Shown here piece after piece: positions 31,803 to 43,563 of a DNA stretch of 64,000 nucleotides. Under the pieces are notes generated by a model, which searched no databases, was not told the origin of the DNA, and saw nothing but the letters and a program-made list of their open reading frames with translations. Origin of the DNA: Chloropicon primus (Eukaryota); the NCBI GenBank assembly GCA_023205875.1, contig CP060758.1, forward strand, positions 620,001 to 684,000, written 5' to 3'. The first letter of the stretch is position 1. Every line of letters starts with the position of its first letter. The position numbers were made by a program, and so were the translations under genes.

Positions 31803-32617
31803 GGTGGTGGTTTATTGATGGATGGATGGATCGATCGAGAAAGTCGTCACGATGATGCCATTCCAACCGCCCCGGTGCTCGCAACCGAGGTACCCCCTCC
31901 CCCTCGCGCGTTCAAGTACCACGCCCCTTCCAAACGCCGTTCGTCCCTTTCCAGCTCGTGCGACACACACTCACTGGCTGGGCCCGCGGGCTGCAGACTT
32001 GGCCCCCGCTGACCTCGCCACTTTCCCGACCAATCCGCCGGCCAAACGAGCCGGGTGAGGAATTCGTTGGAAATACCAGGAGACGACGACGTTTCCCCTA
32101 GCGCGATCCACCTGAAGCCCTTCCTCGCCAGCTCCCTTCCTGAGCCTTCTCCCGTCCCTCCACTGGGCACCGCGTCCGAAAGTCTCCCTCGATACCGATA
32201 TTACCTCGGGACGTACCGGTGCAACCCAGGGCACCAAACGAAAGCTCGTGAGACGTACTTTCGCCTCAGCAACCTCTCCCACCCACTCGACCAGTCCACC
32301 CGGCACGCCTGGAGTTTGAACGCGTCCCCTTTCCTCTCACTGGTCTTGGTCCCTCTCCCCCAAACCGCCTCTTCCAATGCAATCCAGCACGCCAAAATGG
32401 TCAACCAAAGTACCAATCGAAAGATCGCGAGACGTACTTTCGTCCTACGTCACCCTCTCAACCTCCCCCAACCTCCTTCCTCGTCGCCTCGCTTTGAGAA
32501 AGCCACGCGTCCAAGGCCTCGCTCGGCTCTGCCTGGCTTTGGCTTCTGCGGGGGAGGGGATCGTCACCTGAGTGTATTATGTTTACATTGTTTTTGTACC
32601 AGCGCCGCCATTGGGGT

Positions 32618-32654
<37 letters not shown>

Positions 32655-32725
32655 ACAAACCACTCGAGTTTGATAGAGCACCGCGAGAGGAAGAGCACCC
32701 GAGAGAGAGAGAGAGAGAGAGCAAG

Positions 32726-33439
32726 ATGGCGGAAGAGGGTGTTCAAGAGTTCGAGAACGTCGAGTCGGGAGCTTCCTTGACTTACCCAGCTGCTGCGGGA
32801 AGTATCAGAAAGGGTGCACACATTGTTATCAAGGGAAGGCCATGCAAGGTAAGGCAGAGGACGAAGAGAGAGAGAGCGGAGGGGAGCGGAGGGGAGGGAG
32901 GATTCCGTGGCGCGAGGGGTGGGGTTCTTTCTCGCCTGAACTCGCCTGAACTCGCCTCGCCCCGCCCTGCCTCGTCTTCTGCGTTGCCCAGAAGGAGACG
33001 GGAGAGAGAGAGAGAGAGAGGCTTGGGAGAGTATTGACACGGACGAACGTTTTCACTCGCGTTTTCTCTTCCCCAGGTTTTGGAGATGACCACCTCGAAG
33101 ACCGGAAAGCACGGTCACGCCAAGTGCCACTTTACCGCTACCGATATCTTCACCGGCAAGAAGTGCGAGATGCTCGAGTCCTCCACCCATAACTGCGACG
33201 TTCCTAACGTCACCAGGACTGAGTACACCTTGCTGGACATTGATGACGATGGATTCGTTTCCCTCATGGAGGAGAGCGGAGACACCAAGGATGACCTCTC
33301 CCTTCCATCCGGAACCGAGGATCTCGACAAGCTCGCTGAGGACTTGAAGGCGGCCTTCGACGACGGGAAGGACATGATCATCACCGTCTTGTCCGCCATG
33401 AACCAGGAGATGATCATCGCCATCAGAGAGTCCAAGTAA
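32726..33439 (+). CDS. EIF5A: Translation factor eIF5A; exons 32726-32848, 33077-33439
   Basis: IKGRPCK|VLEMTTSKTGKHGHAK hypusination motif. Confidence 0.97.
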
Positions 33440-33817
33440 GTGGACTAACAAGCCTCCTTCCGTTGGGGCCCGACGCGCAACGACGTTATGGTGGCGTTTC
33501 GGGGTGCCAAGAGAGAATAAAAAAATTCTTAAATGACTTGTGTAATGACGACGTTCTTTTTGGGCCTTGTCGATTTGTGACCATCCGTCACACAACAACA
33601 ACCGATTGCGGGAGGGAAAGAAACGATCCTAACGCTTTTCCACAAGTACCTAAGTATTTTCTCATATAGGTCTAAATCTTATAAAGTTGACTTGACTTTT
33701 CACTCTGATTCATCATTAATACAATCGATTGTGTCGTCGAACACACACGGCGCAAAAGGCTCGACCCACAATGCTAATGTTACAACACGGACCGCGAAGC
33801 GTGTCTCTCTCCCTCTC

Positions 33818-34873
33818 TCAAGCCACGTTGGACTTTTGAAGCGCGATCGACGGCGACGCGACGGAGAGAGGGGGGGTCTCCTCCTTGCAGATTGCCATCG
33901 AAGCCGCGTGGACCCTCTGGGCCGCCGCGGAGGCCTCCACCCTCGCCTTCATCGCCACTGCCTGCTTGATGGCCAGCACCTGAGCCACTGCGGCCACGGC
34001 CGCGTCGGCCGCGTAAGCGTGCTTGGCCGCCTCCGCCGCGGCGTTCTGCAGGTCCTCCAGCTGCTTGCTCTTCTCGACCTCCTCCGGATCCGGCTTGGCT
34101 TCCTCTTCCGCGTGCTTCGCTTGGTCCGAGGCCTCCCCGCCGTCCTCCCCTTGGCTCGGGGCTGCCTCGCGGTCCGAGTTCTTCAGGCGGTGGGCCTCCA
34201 GCTGGGCGTTGATGGACCTCTGCAGGACCTCCGCCGGCAGGGACATGGACATGAGCCCAAAGGCCGCGACCCCGCCCTCCCCGACCACGGCGGAGATGGG
34301 GGACATCGGGGGCGGAGGGGGGACGAACTGGATCTCCTCCGCGCTCTCCTCCGAGTGGGACGTCGAGGGGCCGTCCGCTCCGCCGAGGGACCCCCGCCTC
34401 GACCTCGGCCCCCTCGGCTGCTGCTGGTGCTCGATGGCCGCGAGAATGAAGGCCGCGGCCTTGGCCGCCTTGGACTTCCCCTTGGCCCTCCTCCGCGTGC
34501 TCATCTCCCCGACGGCGGCCGCCTTCTTGGCCGCCGCCGACGAGGAGGACTTGGTCGACCTGACCCTCCCCTCGGAGGCCGCTCTCGCCGCCCTCACCCT
34601 CTTCACCCCGCACGCGTTGCACAGGGTCTTCGGGCCGAGGGGGCCCTCCCTCCACTGCGGGGTCTTGGTCACCCCGCACTGCGAGCAGGACTTGCCCGCC
34701 GTCGAGGCGGCCATCATCTTCGCGTTGTACGCCCCCTCGTCGGGGGAGAAGGGCTTGGGCGGTTTCCGCGACCTCTTCCGAGTCGGCTTCTGTTGCTGCT
34801 GCTGCTGCTGTTGTTGTGTGGTGGGGGGGGTCGTCGTCGTGACCTTGTTGGGTGTTGTAGCAGAGGGCATCAT
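33818..34873 (-). CDS. GATA zinc-finger transcription factor
   Basis: CSQC-X18-CNAC with [10 protein letters not shown]; polyQ tract. The start is uncertain; a probable 5'UTR intron donor lies near 35199. Confidence 0.85.
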   Translation of the reverse strand: MMPSATTPNKVTTTTPPTTQQQQQQQQQKPTRKRSRKPPKPFSPDEGAYNAKMMAASTAGKSCSQCGVTKTPQWREGPLGPKTLCNACGVKRVRAARAASEGRVRSTKSSSSAAAKKAAAVGEMSTRRRAKGKSKAAKAAAFILAAIEHQQQPRGPRSRRGSLGGADGPSTSHSEESAEEIQFVPPPPPMSPISAVVGEGGVAAFGLMSMSLPAEVLQRSINAQLEAHRLKNSDREAAPSQGEDGGEASDQAKHAEEEAKPDPEEVEKSKQLEDLQNAAAEAAKHAYAADAAVAAVAQVLAIKQAVAMKARVEASAAAQRVHAASMAICKEETPPLSVASPSIALQKSNVA

Positions 34874-34948
34874 CTTGCCACACGCAGGTGGGCAGGCAGG
34901 CAGGTGCGTTCCTCTCTCGTGCTTGCTTGCTTGCTGTCGTCCGAGGAG

Positions 34949-34979
34949 GCAAAAGGAAGCAAAAGGAAGCAAAAGGAAG
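34949..34979. repeat. 10-bp tandem repeat (GCAAAAGGAA)x3
   Basis: Read directly from the sequence. Confidence 0.8.
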
Positions 34980-36280
34980 GAGGTGGTCAGCAGGTCAGCA
35001 CACACACACACCACTTGCGTACGCGTCGTAGGTGGACGGAAAGAGGAGGAGGGAGGGAGACTGGGGAGAGTGGGGAGGACGCGACGACGACGGAAGCCTC
35101 TCTCATTCCGTGGGTCGTGGTCGGTTCCTCGAAAGATTCAAGTCGAGAGAGAGAGAGCACGACCCACGCAATCCCGATCCCAGCCAGACTTTCACTCACC
35201 TCGTGGACGGGGTCCAGACGGAACGGCTGGATTGAACACCCCGGAGCGTAAGACTCCCTGCTGCGCAGGCAGACAATGAGAGGCAGAGACGGAGACGAAC
35301 AGACGGACAGGAAGCAGAAAGGCGTTTGCAGGTTTTCCAGTCGTGAAAAATAAGGTTTGGTCAGCAGAGAGAAAAACAGCAAAAAAAAAACCCGAGAAAG
35401 CCGAGGTTTGGGGGGGAAAAAGAAAAAGAAAAAACGGAATGCCGCACGCACCTGGACCTCGGTGAGCGCCGCGCTTGAGAAAGAGAACCCCGCTCGTGGG
35501 GATTGTCTGGAGCAACAGGCTGTTGTCTCGTCCTCGTGGGTTTGCGTCGAGGCCCGTTTCCGTTTCCAGGGAACGAGGAAGGACGCAAACGAGTCGGAGA
35601 GAGACGGAGAGGCGTTTATCAACCTCGTGTAGATTTCTCACCTTACAATTTCAATTTACAAAGGATTTCCCTCGCATTCCACATCATCCACATCCACCCT
35701 CAAACTCCTCGAGCACGTGCCTCGTAACAAGGGAAATCTACTCATCATCCTTTGACCCTTTTTGTCATTTTTCTGCCAATCTCCTTTTTTTTTTTGAGGC
35801 CAATCGAGCGCGATCGAGGCCTTGGCCTTGGTGGTCCCGCTCAATCACGACTCTTCTTTCGTAGGGATTGCTCCCCTCCTCCTGCTGCTCCTCCTGCTGC
35901 TCCTGCTGCTCGACGAACACATTGAGCTATTGGGAGGATTGGCCCGGAATCATCTGCAGATCCTCCTCCTCCCTTTGGTTCAGGGACTGCGTTGAAGATG
36001 ATGATGATGATGATGTTGATGATCCTCCATTGCCAAATGGCTGATCTGAGGGATGATGGGGTTGGTCCTTTCGTCCTCCCGGCCCCTTTCCTCGTCGGTG
36101 ATCTGGCGGGTTCGTGACATGTCGTTTCACGAGCACAAAAAGACGACGCCATCTCATCATCAACCAAATCGAAAGATAAAGGATTGAAGGATAAATAATA
36201 TATGACTGTATCTTGTGTGTGTGTGTGTGTGTGTTTTGCCACCTCAACCCCCCCTTCTCTCTCTCCCCCTCTCTCTCGCC

Positions 36281-37528
36281 CTAGCCCCACACGGTGATGA
36301 AGCACGTGCTCCTGTGCCCCCCGACACCACCCCCGCCAGCAACGTCCTTGTTGATCCTCTTGATCTTGCGACACGACAGCACCAGCATCACGACGCTCGC
36401 CACGAACACGAACGGAGCGATGATGACCAGCGCGAGCCCGAAGCCCACCAGACCCACCTGGTCGTTGCCAAAGTACCCGGAGTTCTCGGTGACGCGCATG
36501 TATCCGAGCCAAGCGTCCTTGCTGTACCTCACGACGTAGTCCACCTCGTAGTCCTTGGTGTGGAAGACGGTCTCCCTCTCAAAGTGGTGTTCCCGGAAGG
36601 ACTTGGATCGCCTGCTGTAGTAGCACCCCGAGGACTCGGACTCGTCCGAGACCTCGGGGAAGAACTTGTCGACCTTGTACCCCTCGGCCCCGCCGGTCCT
36701 CCCCGTATACGCCGCGACCTTGACGCAGGCCTTCCTGATCGACATGGGGTACACGCACGTGTTCTTGCCCTCCAGCTTGCCGCCCTTTCTCTCGCACGTG
36801 CTGGGGTCCCCCTCCTCGAAGAACCTGAACTCCACGAAGGGAGTCTTCGTCAGGTGGAGCGACTCCCACGCGGCCGAGGAGGACGGCCTCGCAAAGTAAG
36901 TCTCGTTCAGGTAGCACTCCCGCCTGGAAAGGTCAAGGTCCTCCCAAGTGTAGGACTTGACCCACTTGTGCTGGGGCTCCAAGGGAAGGGCGCTTGAGGC
37001 CTTGTCCTCCAGTCTGTCCGTGTTCCTCGTCTCCAGCTCCAGCTTGTTCATCACCCTCCTCACGAACTCGAACGCGTACGTCTCTCTTCCCCTGCCCTCC
37101 CTGCACATGAGGTCCGACCGCACTTTGAACTCCGGGCTGCTGAACTTCTCCTCCGCGATGTAACCCTTCCAGCCCTCGACGTACTCGTTGTACGCCTTGA
37201 CCCTGTCCTCGCGAACGGGGTCGCCGAAGACTGCTAGCAGGACGGACCCCGTGATGACCAACACCAAGCCCAAGGACATCAAGGTCCATATCGTGGTGTG
37301 ACCGCAGCAGCTCAGGTGGGCGTACTTTCTCCTCCGGGGCTGGACCACGCCGAAATGCTGCATGGCCGCCGCCGTCGTCGTCACCGTCGTCTGCACTCCG
37401 TACGAAGGTTGGCTCGCTGGTGTCTGTTGTCCACAGACCGGCTGTCCCACCACGGGTTGCCCCACAGCTACGCCACCACCACCGCCGCCGTAGGCTGGCG
37501 TGTACGCGGGCGGGGGCTGCACGTACAT
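36281..37528 (-). CDS. Two-TM membrane protein with large Cys-containing luminal loop, unknown function
   Basis: Likely start MYVQPPPAY; TM1 LMSLGLVLVITGSVLLAVF; TM2 LVGFGLALVIIAPFVFVASVVMLVL; strong coding bias. Confidence 0.75.
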   Translation of the reverse strand: MYVQPPPAYTPAYGGGGGGVAVGQPVVGQPVCGQQTPASQPSYGVQTTVTTTAAAMQHFGVVQPRRRKYAHLSCCGHTTIWTLMSLGLVLVITGSVLLAVFGDPVREDRVKAYNEYVEGWKGYIAEEKFSSPEFKVRSDLMCREGRGRETYAFEFVRRVMNKLELETRNTDRLEDKASSALPLEPQHKWVKSYTWEDLDLSRRECYLNETYFARPSSSAAWESLHLTKTPFVEFRFFEEGDPSTCERKGGKLEGKNTCVYPMSIRKACVKVAAYTGRTGGAEGYKVDKFFPEVSDESESSGCYYSRRSKSFREHHFERETVFHTKDYEVDYVVRYSKDAWLGYMRVTENSGYFGNDQVGLVGFGLALVIIAPFVFVASVVMLVLSCRKIKRINKDVAGGGGVGGHRSTCFITVWG

Positions 37529-38020
37529 AGCTCCTGCTCCTCTCCTCTCAAAGGTCCTGCCTTTGGGGGGTCTCCTCGAGCCTTTGTTCGGTTCGGTTGA
37601 CCTTTTTGAAGACTTTCCACACACAACACCACACACACCCTCTAAAAACCTTGTCTGTCTGTCTCCGCTCGTCTGGGGAGATGGGGAGGGAGGGAGGGGA
37701 GGGAGAGGACCTTTGAGAGGAACTTCCATTTGAATGCCAGTAGCGGAAAAGGAGGGAGGGGACGATGCGTGGCACTACAAGAGAGAAGCAGGGACCTTTG
37801 GAATCGTCACAGGACGGGATGAACCACCACCGGAGGAGGAGTTCGGGATAGTGGGAGCTCATCGGCGTTGGCCAGAACAAACTGAGAGAGACAGAGACAT
37901 GGGGCCACAGCACAACATGATGCTTAAAATGCCTTTGTTCGGTGCTAAAGACGACAAATCGTATAAAATCGGCTTTCGCTCTCTAATCGCCCGGCCGACT
38001 GAAACAATTTTACTTTTTCA

Positions 38021-39397
38021 TCAATCGAACTGATCCTTTGAGTTGAACACGGGGCTATCTAGCAGTGTCTCCTCCTGTTCTGCTCCTTCTACAGACTTGG
38101 ACGGCTTCCTCAGCGAGTTCTTCACTTTTGTGGGGAGGTGCCAGATCGGTTTCCCGTATCTTCTCTTGTTCTCGACCCCCAAGATTCTGCTCACGGCTTG
38201 GTTGTGCCTGGACTGCAAGCTGATCTGCTCCGCGTCCTCGGAGTCAAAGTGCCCGGGTCCCCTGAAGCTGTCGTGCAAGACGTTCTCGTTGACGTATTCC
38301 GTGATCTTTTCCGCCTGGTACATGTGCTTGAAGATCGCCATGACGAGCGGCCCGCAGGTCGCTTGGAGCGCGGAGTAGAAGATCACGGGGAATATGTACA
38401 TCAGTGGCGTGTGCGTCCCTCTCACGATGTGCAGGGCGAGCCAGTCGTTCTGCATGGCGACCTCGATGGAGAGAGTCCTGCAGATTGTGGGATGGAACCT
38501 GAAGAACCTGCCCGCACCGTAACCGATGAGGTAGTTCACGGCCAAGAAGCTCATGACGCCAAAGTAATCTCGCGGCTTGCGGCGGTAGAACACCTCGATG
38601 GGGTCCACCGTCATTCCCAGAGGGCTGTTCCCGACGAAGAAGAAGGCGAGGGTGGAGAAGGTCACCAGGAGGCAGAGCGCCAGGACCTTCCACTTCCAGT
38701 GCACTTCCTTGTCCGCGGGCAGGAGCAGGTAGCACAGCACCGACGAGACCACGATGGGCAAGCTGTACGCGCACGTGTACACCAAGATGCTGATCTCATC
38801 CAAAGCAAAGGTCTCGTTCACGATGTTGCCCAAGTAGAACTTCAGTATCAGCTGCACGGACACGAGCGACGACAGGTTGGACGCGAACGTGAGAAAGGCT
38901 CCGAGGCCGATGTGCGCGCAGGACAGCCACTGCCTGCGAGAAGGAGACGCGGGGTCAGAAGCAATGCTTGAGGGCGGAGGCAGGAAAAACCACAGAGAGA
39001 GAGAGAGAGAGAAAGGGTTGGGGGGGGAGTACTCACCACAAGTTTGAAATGGGCGACGAGGGGACCGACGCGAGGATGATCATCCCCACGCTGACGTCGT
39101 GGTCGAGCCTCCAGACGACGGACAGGCCCCAGGCCACGAAGGGCAGCAGAAAGGATTTGCAGACCTGGGTCGGGACAGAGAGAAGAAGACAGTCGCGTCA
39201 GTGAGCAGGCCATTGCGTTCTTGTTGTTGGGTCGACGCCGTCGTAATGCTCGAGACAGAGTTACTCACGATGCAGAGGAGCGCCGCTCTCCAGTGGCAGC
39301 AGACCCCCTCCAGGAGCTCTTTTCGTGCCGTGCACGCTCCGAGAATGAGCGAGCCGACCGAAACAGAGAGCAGCAGCACGATCTCTTGCGCGGTCAT
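38021..39397 (-). CDS. Bile acid:Na+ symporter (BASS/SBF/SLC10) family transporter; exons 39397-39269, 39164-39037, 38933-38021
   Basis: FLLPFVAW, IILASVPSSPISNLW and RTLSIEVAMQN..LA motifs; multi-TM; two GTGAGT..CAG introns keep the frame. Confidence 0.8.
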
Positions 39398-40439
39398 CGC
39401 GTGATGCCTCTCTCTCTCTCTAAAACCTAAACTCTGCAAGCCTAGAGGCTAGTCTCTAGACTCCCAGAAACCCCCCGGGGGCGGAGACCTGAACCAAAGT
39501 CTTTTGCTTTGCGCGAGCGACACGAGGGCAACAGTCACGTCTCCAAACCAAGAGACCCTCAAGATCGATGGATGCAAAACCTCCCCCCCGTAGGACGACG
39601 ACGAACCGAAACCGAAACCGAAACGCTCAACCACCTCCTCTCTTCTCTGTGCGTCGATCTCGTAACGGCTCCATCGATGGGTAACACCATATAACGCCTT
39701 GTACAGAATAACGTAACTCGAAGAATGACATCATACGGAGTAGGAATTCTTGAGTTCATTGGGAGACGTAAATGCGTTGTTGTCGTTATAACAAGACGTG
39801 TTTTGTACTGGAAGTCTTCGCGTGGAACGTCTCTCGTGGAACGCAAATTTGCGGCGAGGCTCCGGGGGGATCGCAGCAGAGCGAGAGAGAGCGGCACAGC
39901 GACGCGCGAGGGACGAGGGACACAAGGACCTCGTCGAGGTGAAGGGCTAGTCGAATGGACTGAGTATCGTCATGTGAGCAAGGTCTTTGGTTTGTCCTGC
40001 TGTTGGAGTTTTGAGTGACGAGCGTGACGCCTGCGACGTGGCGTGAGAGGACGAGGAAGGGGACGAGCACGGAGCCCTTTTCTGCTTTCTTCTTTGAGAG
40101 AGACCGAGGCGGAGAGGGAGGAGCGAGAGGGAGGGAGAGCGTGTGAGACGCGTGTGAGGGATTGGTGAGGTCGTGCGTTGAGGGTGAGTGACTTGTGGGG
40201 GAGGGGAGGGGGCGAGGACGAGCGGGATCCGGAGGAGGGAGACGAAAGGGCCGCCGTGGGGGTGAACTCTCTCTCTCTCTCTGTGTGTGGGGGGGTGGGC
40301 GACTGGTGTTCTTTGTGCCCCCCTTCCACGAGGCCCAACCACTCTGCGGACTTTCTGTTTTGCCTTTGGCTGACTCTTTCTCTTCTCTTGTGGGACTACG
40401 CGGGGTCTTGTCGCCAGATTGCGGCCACCAACCACCACC

Positions 40440-41657
40440 ATGGAGGAGGACGACACGTGTCCCCTCTGCCTCGAGCAGCTGGACATCACGGACAAGCACA
40501 TAGAGTTCTGCCTGTCATGCGACTACCGGATGTGCCTGTGGTGCTGGCATCGGATCATGGAGAACGCGGCCAAGGACAATAGAGTGGGCTGTTGTCCCAA
40601 CTGTCGAAGGGAGTACGACAAGGAGAGGATAACCAAGGGGCAGGTGGACCCCACGAAGCTGGCCAAGGAGCAGGAAAAGAAGAGGAAGAAGGACTCCAAG
40701 CTCAAGTACAAGCCAGGGGAAGGCATGTCGCGAAAGCACCTGCAGAACGTCAGGGTCATCCAGAGGAACTTGGTGTACGCCATCGGGGTGCCGCTCAAGC
40801 ACTGCAAGGAGGAGACCCTGAAAAAGCAGGAGTTCTTTGGCAAGTACGGGGAAATTACGAAGATTTCAGTCAACAGAAACGGCCCGAACGGCAGGTACGG
40901 CGTCTACACCAATGGGAAGGGCCCAACGGGTAGCGCTTACGTGACCTTCAAGAAGGAGAGTGATGCCGTTCTTTGCATCAAGAAGATAGACGGAAGCATC
41001 GTGGACGGAAACGTGATCAAGGCTTGCTTCGGGACTACCAAGTACTGCAACTCCTTCCTCAAGTACCAGCAGTGCAACAACCCGGACTGCCTTTACCTCC
41101 ACGAGATCGGAGAGGAGGCCGAGAGCTTCACAAAGGAGGAGATGGCGAGGATTGGGACGAAGCACCACAGCTTCCACGTGCCCCCACCACAGGCCGCCCA
41201 GCAGGCGCAGCAGGTCTGCCACCCCGTCCCCGTGCCAGTTCCGATGCCCTCCCAGCAAGCGAACGTGCCGCCACAAGTGCACGGCATGAGGCAAGCGGGC
41301 GATGTGAACACCGAGAATGGTGCGAGCGGCATGCCGGGGGTGAGCGGGTTCCCGCTCCCCGGTGCCGCGCCGCCCCAGCCTCAAGTGTCGCCCCCCGACA
41401 CTTCCCAGTTGTCGGCAGGGGAGATGTTCTTGAACCACATACAGCAAATGATGCAAGGCAACCAAGCAAACCTGTTAGGGGGAGGGGGCGGGTTCAACCT
41501 TGAACCAGGAATCCATTTTCGTAACCAAGAGGAGATGCAGTACTCTGGGAGGACAAAAAGCCGATTCAGTTTCGCGAACACGAACTCGGAGGAGGAGACG
41601 CTTTCTGTAACTTCACCACCAGGCTTCTCGCTGAACAACGGCTTCTCGTCATCCTAA
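40440..41657 (+). CDS. NOT4: CCR4-NOT E3 ligase NOT4 (C4C4 RING + RRM + C3H1)
   Basis: CPLCLEQLDITD, CPNCR..Y, NVRVIQRNLVY, FGTTKYC..FL....CNNPDCLYLH. Confidence 0.93.
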   Translation: MEEDDTCPLCLEQLDITDKHIEFCLSCDYRMCLWCWHRIMENAAKDNRVGCCPNCRREYDKERITKGQVDPTKLAKEQEKKRKKDSKLKYKPGEGMSRKHLQNVRVIQRNLVYAIGVPLKHCKEETLKKQEFFGKYGEITKISVNRNGPNGRYGVYTNGKGPTGSAYVTFKKESDAVLCIKKIDGSIVDGNVIKACFGTTKYCNSFLKYQQCNNPDCLYLHEIGEEAESFTKEEMARIGTKHHSFHVPPPQAAQQAQQVCHPVPVPVPMPSQQANVPPQVHGMRQAGDVNTENGASGMPGVSGFPLPGAAPPQPQVSPPDTSQLSAGEMFLNHIQQMMQGNQANLLGGGGGFNLEPGIHFRNQEEMQYSGRTKSRFSFANTNSEEETLSVTSPPGFSLNNGFSSS

Positions 41658-41710
41658 TAATGTTACACAAAATGCTTCGTCTTTAGGCTTTTAGCCTTCT
41701 TGAACCTTCT

Positions 41711-43324
41711 TTATAACAGATCATCCAGTAAGGAAAATATCGACCGCACGGTCGCGGCCGTGTGCTGGCCTGTCGCCCTCTCCAACTGCTCTACCAACGA
41801 CACCACTTCAGCTTCGGAATGGGCAACGCTTGCTTGCAACCCCGTGGTAGGCCCGCCAGCGGGAAAGCTGTCAGTCTTGCTCGAATGGCCGTTCGCAAAC
41901 GCGTGGTGTTCAACCACGCCATTCGCTCCGCCCCCCGGAGACTTGATGCTTCTAACGAGGGCCTCCCTCTCCTTCTGCAGGCTCTCCACTTTATGCTTCA
42001 GGTCGTCAACCTTTTCCTGCAGGGGCGCATTCTCTCTTTGGGCCTTGAGCTCGTTGGAGCGAGCTTGCAGGAGATTCTCCTCCAACTGGATCACTTCTGA
42101 CGCCAGGGACTTGGTCCGCTCTGCGGATGCCGCCGACCCGTTGAGCGCGGCGTCCCTCTCCTCCAGGGCCCGCTCTGCCGCCATCGCGAAAGTGTCTATC
42201 TGCTCCTGCAGCTCTACTACTTGAGATTCCAAATCCCTCGAATGGCTTCCCTTGGCGTTGAAGCTCTCGGTGAGCGACATGTTCTCCTTCGTGAGGGCCT
42301 CGATCGCTCTCTGCTGGGCTTCCAGACCACGCTGCAGCTCGTACTTCTCACGGGCGAGCAAATCGATGTGCCCCTGAAACCCCTCAACGTCCCTCTCCGT
42401 CAAAGATGGCGATTTCTTGGCCACCCCCTCGCCTTCTTGCTCTTCCGCCGCTGTTGGGACACCGCCGTCAAGCCCTCCAGGCGCAACTCCTTCTTCGTTC
42501 CCATTGCCACCCAGGGAGACTGCCTTGGTCAGGCCAGCCCCAATTCCCTGGAGCCCCCCTCTCGCAGACGCGGGCTTGCTCTCTTCAAGCGTTCTCTCAG
42601 AGGAGAAGCCGGCCTTGGCCCCGCCACTCAGGCCCTCTCTCTCTCCGCCGGGAGCCTGGAGCTCCGCTGCCTTTGCGAACTCCTGTGCCACAATCGGCTG
42701 GGTCTCTGGCACGCCAAGCTTTGGTGGCACCGGGTGAGCCTCTCTGGGATTTGCCCGCGGCTTCGCTTCCCGTTCAGAAGCGCCAGCAGAGAAGAGCCCT
42801 GAGGTCACCGACTTGGTCGTATTTCGATTGTTGCTGGTGCTCTGGACGACGCTAGACATGTAAGAGTCCGAGAGCATGGAGTACGACTGCGACAGGGAAA
42901 CGGCCTTCGACTTGCCCTCGGACGACGCCGTCGCGGCAGCCCCCGCCCCACCCGACTCCCCCCCGTGCCTCGCTCCAGCGCGGGTGTCGCCCGACTCCAA
43001 CTTGTCTGTGCCGGACGTGCTCGTGGAGCCCGACTTCCTCTGCCTCGCTACGGCCGCAGATTCAACCTCCAGTGGCGAGGGCTCCCGCAGCCTCGTCGCC
43101 TCCACCTTGTCGACCTCCTCCAGCCTTCGTTCGGAGACGACTCGGTCTTCCCTGCTGTCGTCGCCTGCTGCAGGCGTCACCCCTTGGAGTGCCTCAATTT
43201 TTGTCGTTTTCACATCCTTCTTCTTGCTTTTCTTCTCCTTTTTGTTCTTCTTCCGGTTCCGGAATGCCTCGAGCTTCTTCCTTCCGGCCTCCGCGAGGTC
43301 CGCCTTGCTCTTCGCCTCCACCAT
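41711..43324 (-). CDS. BLI: BLISTER-like coiled-coil protein
   Basis: EAGRKKLEAFR..K N-terminus and HID.L..EKYELQR.L...L..EN...ERTKSLASEVIQLEE...RSNELK, as in plant BLISTER. Confidence 0.75.
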   Translation of the reverse strand: MVEAKSKADLAEAGRKKLEAFRNRKKNKKEKKSKKKDVKTTKIEALQGVTPAAGDDSREDRVVSERRLEEVDKVEATRLREPSPLEVESAAVARQRKSGSTSTSGTDKLESGDTRAGARHGGESGGAGAAATASSEGKSKAVSLSQSYSMLSDSYMSSVVQSTSNNRNTTKSVTSGLFSAGASEREAKPRANPREAHPVPPKLGVPETQPIVAQEFAKAAELQAPGGEREGLSGGAKAGFSSERTLEESKPASARGGLQGIGAGLTKAVSLGGNGNEEGVAPGGLDGGVPTAAEEQEGEGVAKKSPSLTERDVEGFQGHIDLLAREKYELQRGLEAQQRAIEALTKENMSLTESFNAKGSHSRDLESQVVELQEQIDTFAMAAERALEERDAALNGSAASAERTKSLASEVIQLEENLLQARSNELKAQRENAPLQEKVDDLKHKVESLQKEREALVRSIKSPGGGANGVVEHHAFANGHSSKTDSFPAGGPTTGLQASVAHSEAEVVSLVEQLERATGQHTAATVRSIFSLLDDLL

Positions 43325-43563
43325 CCCTCACCTCACCTCCTCTGGCCGCCCCTCGCACTCCGTCACCATCGAGAGAATCAATCGATCAGCCCAAGTGAAG
43401 AGGAGCAAAGCCAAGGGAATGATTGTGCCTGCTGGACTGGACAAAGCTGAGCTGGACAAGCAGGGAAGAGAGAGAGAGCAAAATGAGGATGTCGATTACA
43501 GGAGTGAAGTACGCAATGGATTAAGATCTAACAAAGCTAGTATCTACCTGTCGTCCTCCTCTG

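Noticed and set aside
35841..36247. ORFs upstream of the GATA gene
   Set aside because: Low-complexity, microsatellite-derived translations without coding bias; more likely UTR or promoter.
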